DNA of 64,000 nt, taken from assembly GCA_964573135.1 (NCBI GenBank), contig CAZNIO010000002.1, positions 2,535-66,534 on the forward strand. The letters run 5' to 3'. This document shows, in pieces, positions 63,039 to 64,000 of this stretch; the first letter of the stretch is position 1; the number at the start of each line of letters is the position of its first letter. The position numbers and the translations under genes were made by a program. The notes under the pieces were generated by a model. That model worked only from the letters and a program-made list of their open reading frames with translations, was not told the DNA's origin and did no database searches. Source of the stretch: an uncultured Gammaproteobacteria bacterium (GTDB taxonomy: Bacteria; Patescibacteriota; Patescibacteriia; UBA2196; GWA2-42-15).

Positions 63039-63344
63039 ATGTTAATTAAATACAAACAACTAAAAGGCCTGCCCATCGTTACTGAATCTGGTAAAGAAAT
63101 AGGTCGCCTTGAAGACCTTATTATTGAAACTGACTCGCAAAGCGTGCTTAACTATGTTGTCAAACCCACCCACCTATTTGAAGGCTTAATTAGAGATAGT
63201 CTTATCATAAATCGTGGCCAAGTCATTGATATTTCTGACAAGAAAATTATAGTTCAAGATAATTTCCCCAAAGTAGCAGTTTTTCAAAAGCTTAATAAGA
63301 TTATTGATAAGAAAAAACTATTATCGCTAACCAAAAACAACTAA
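63039..63344 (+). CDS. PRC-barrel domain protein
   Basis: L.GLPIVTESGKEIGRLEDLII. Confidence 0.75.
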   Translation: MLIKYKQLKGLPIVTESGKEIGRLEDLIIETDSQSVLNYVVKPTHLFEGLIRDSLIINRGQVIDISDKKIIVQDNFPKVAVFQKLNKIIDKKKLLSLTKNN

Positions 63345-63365
63345 GACAACTATTTTATTAAAATC

Positions 63366-63396
63366 AAAAAACGCCCCAGTATACTGGGGCGTTTTT
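63366..63396. terminator. Bidirectional terminator
   Basis: AAAAACGCCCCAGTA-TACTGGGGCGTTTTT. Confidence 0.8.
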
Positions 63397-63407
63397 AACT
63401 TATATAA

Positions 63408-64000
63408 TTAATCAAACAATCTTTCTTTGCCTACAATTACTTTTAATTTTTTATGTGCTACCTCAACTTCAACAGGTGTTTTAATATTTCTTTGTTTATC
63501 AATTGATAAAAGTATTGGTTTTTTATTATGTTTAATTGATACTTTTTTAATAGGAAAAACACTTACACTTTCTTCCTCTTTATCCTTGCCGCCAAAAAAA
63601 GACGACCAGCCTGATGTTTTCCCCGGCATAAATACAGCTTCCATGACTCCATCTTTGGGACTTGATTTAAAATTATCTCCATGCGCTATATTATATATCC
63701 CCACTCCCATATTGTTCTTTCTGGGACTCACATTATATCCATCAAAACCAAATACAATTTCATTACTTGGAGACTCAAGTGATAACAGAAAGCATTGACC
63801 GTTCAGTTTGCCCACATCAATTTGTTCTATTTTTCTTTTGGATAAAATCTCTGCTGCTGTCTCCCATGAATTAATCCCAAAAGCAGAAGCAAAAATATTT
63901 TGTTCACCCAGGGGTATAATACCAATTACTAGGTCCTTACCTACCGTTAGGTTGGCCAGCTTACTGACTGTCTGGTCATTGCCTACTGCTATAATATTCT
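63408..64000 (-). CDS. Diacylglycerol kinase-family protein, C-terminal part (starts beyond window)
   Basis: Frame is open to the window edge: IIAVGNDQTV..IGIIPLG..N.FA..GI..IDVGKLNG, P.DG. Confidence 0.8.
   Translation of the reverse strand, partial: NIIAVGNDQTVSKLANLTVGKDLVIGIIPLGEQNIFASAFGINSWETAAEILSKRKIEQIDVGKLNGQCFLLSLESPSNEIVFGFDGYNVSPRKNNMGVGIYNIAHGDNFKSSPKDGVMEAVFMPGKTSGWSSFFGGKDKEEESVSVFPIKKVSIKHNKKPILLSIDKQRNIKTPVEVEVAHKKLKVIVGKERLFD

Overview
Low-GC bacterial chromosome segment, most likely a Patescibacteria (CPR) genome. This is inferred from the short 4-domain S1, mostly SD-less genes and CPR-type secreted proteins. The backbone is housekeeping genes: ftsH (partial), rpsA, gyrA, rpsF-ssb-rpsR-efp, recA, ftsK, rpoBC, pilT, HU, rny, rpsO-pnp, and dnaN-dnaA-rpmH-rnpA-yidD-yidC with a likely oriC, plus seven tRNA genes. 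Notable accessory features: (1) GyrA carries two tandem inteins bracketing a 12-aa extein that holds the catalytic Tyr. (2) tRNA-Phe(GAA) is split by a 241-nt group I intron. (3) An integrase-less, integron-like cassette array (21.6-24.9 kb) has non-canonical ATT cores, Xer-like 11-bp arms and a duplicated ORF-less, self-complementary cassette. (4) A direct-repeat-bounded unit behind tRNA-His has a consensus promoter, boxA-like motifs, an SD-sequestering leader, an orphan 131-aa ORF and about 550 nt of densely structured putative ncRNA. (5) An HTH-GHKL/STAS pair sits under four helically phased direct repeats. (6) A TrmB-regulated U32/isochorismatase/deacetylase cassette lies at tRNA-Pro. All calls are from manual reading; no searches or folding programs were run.
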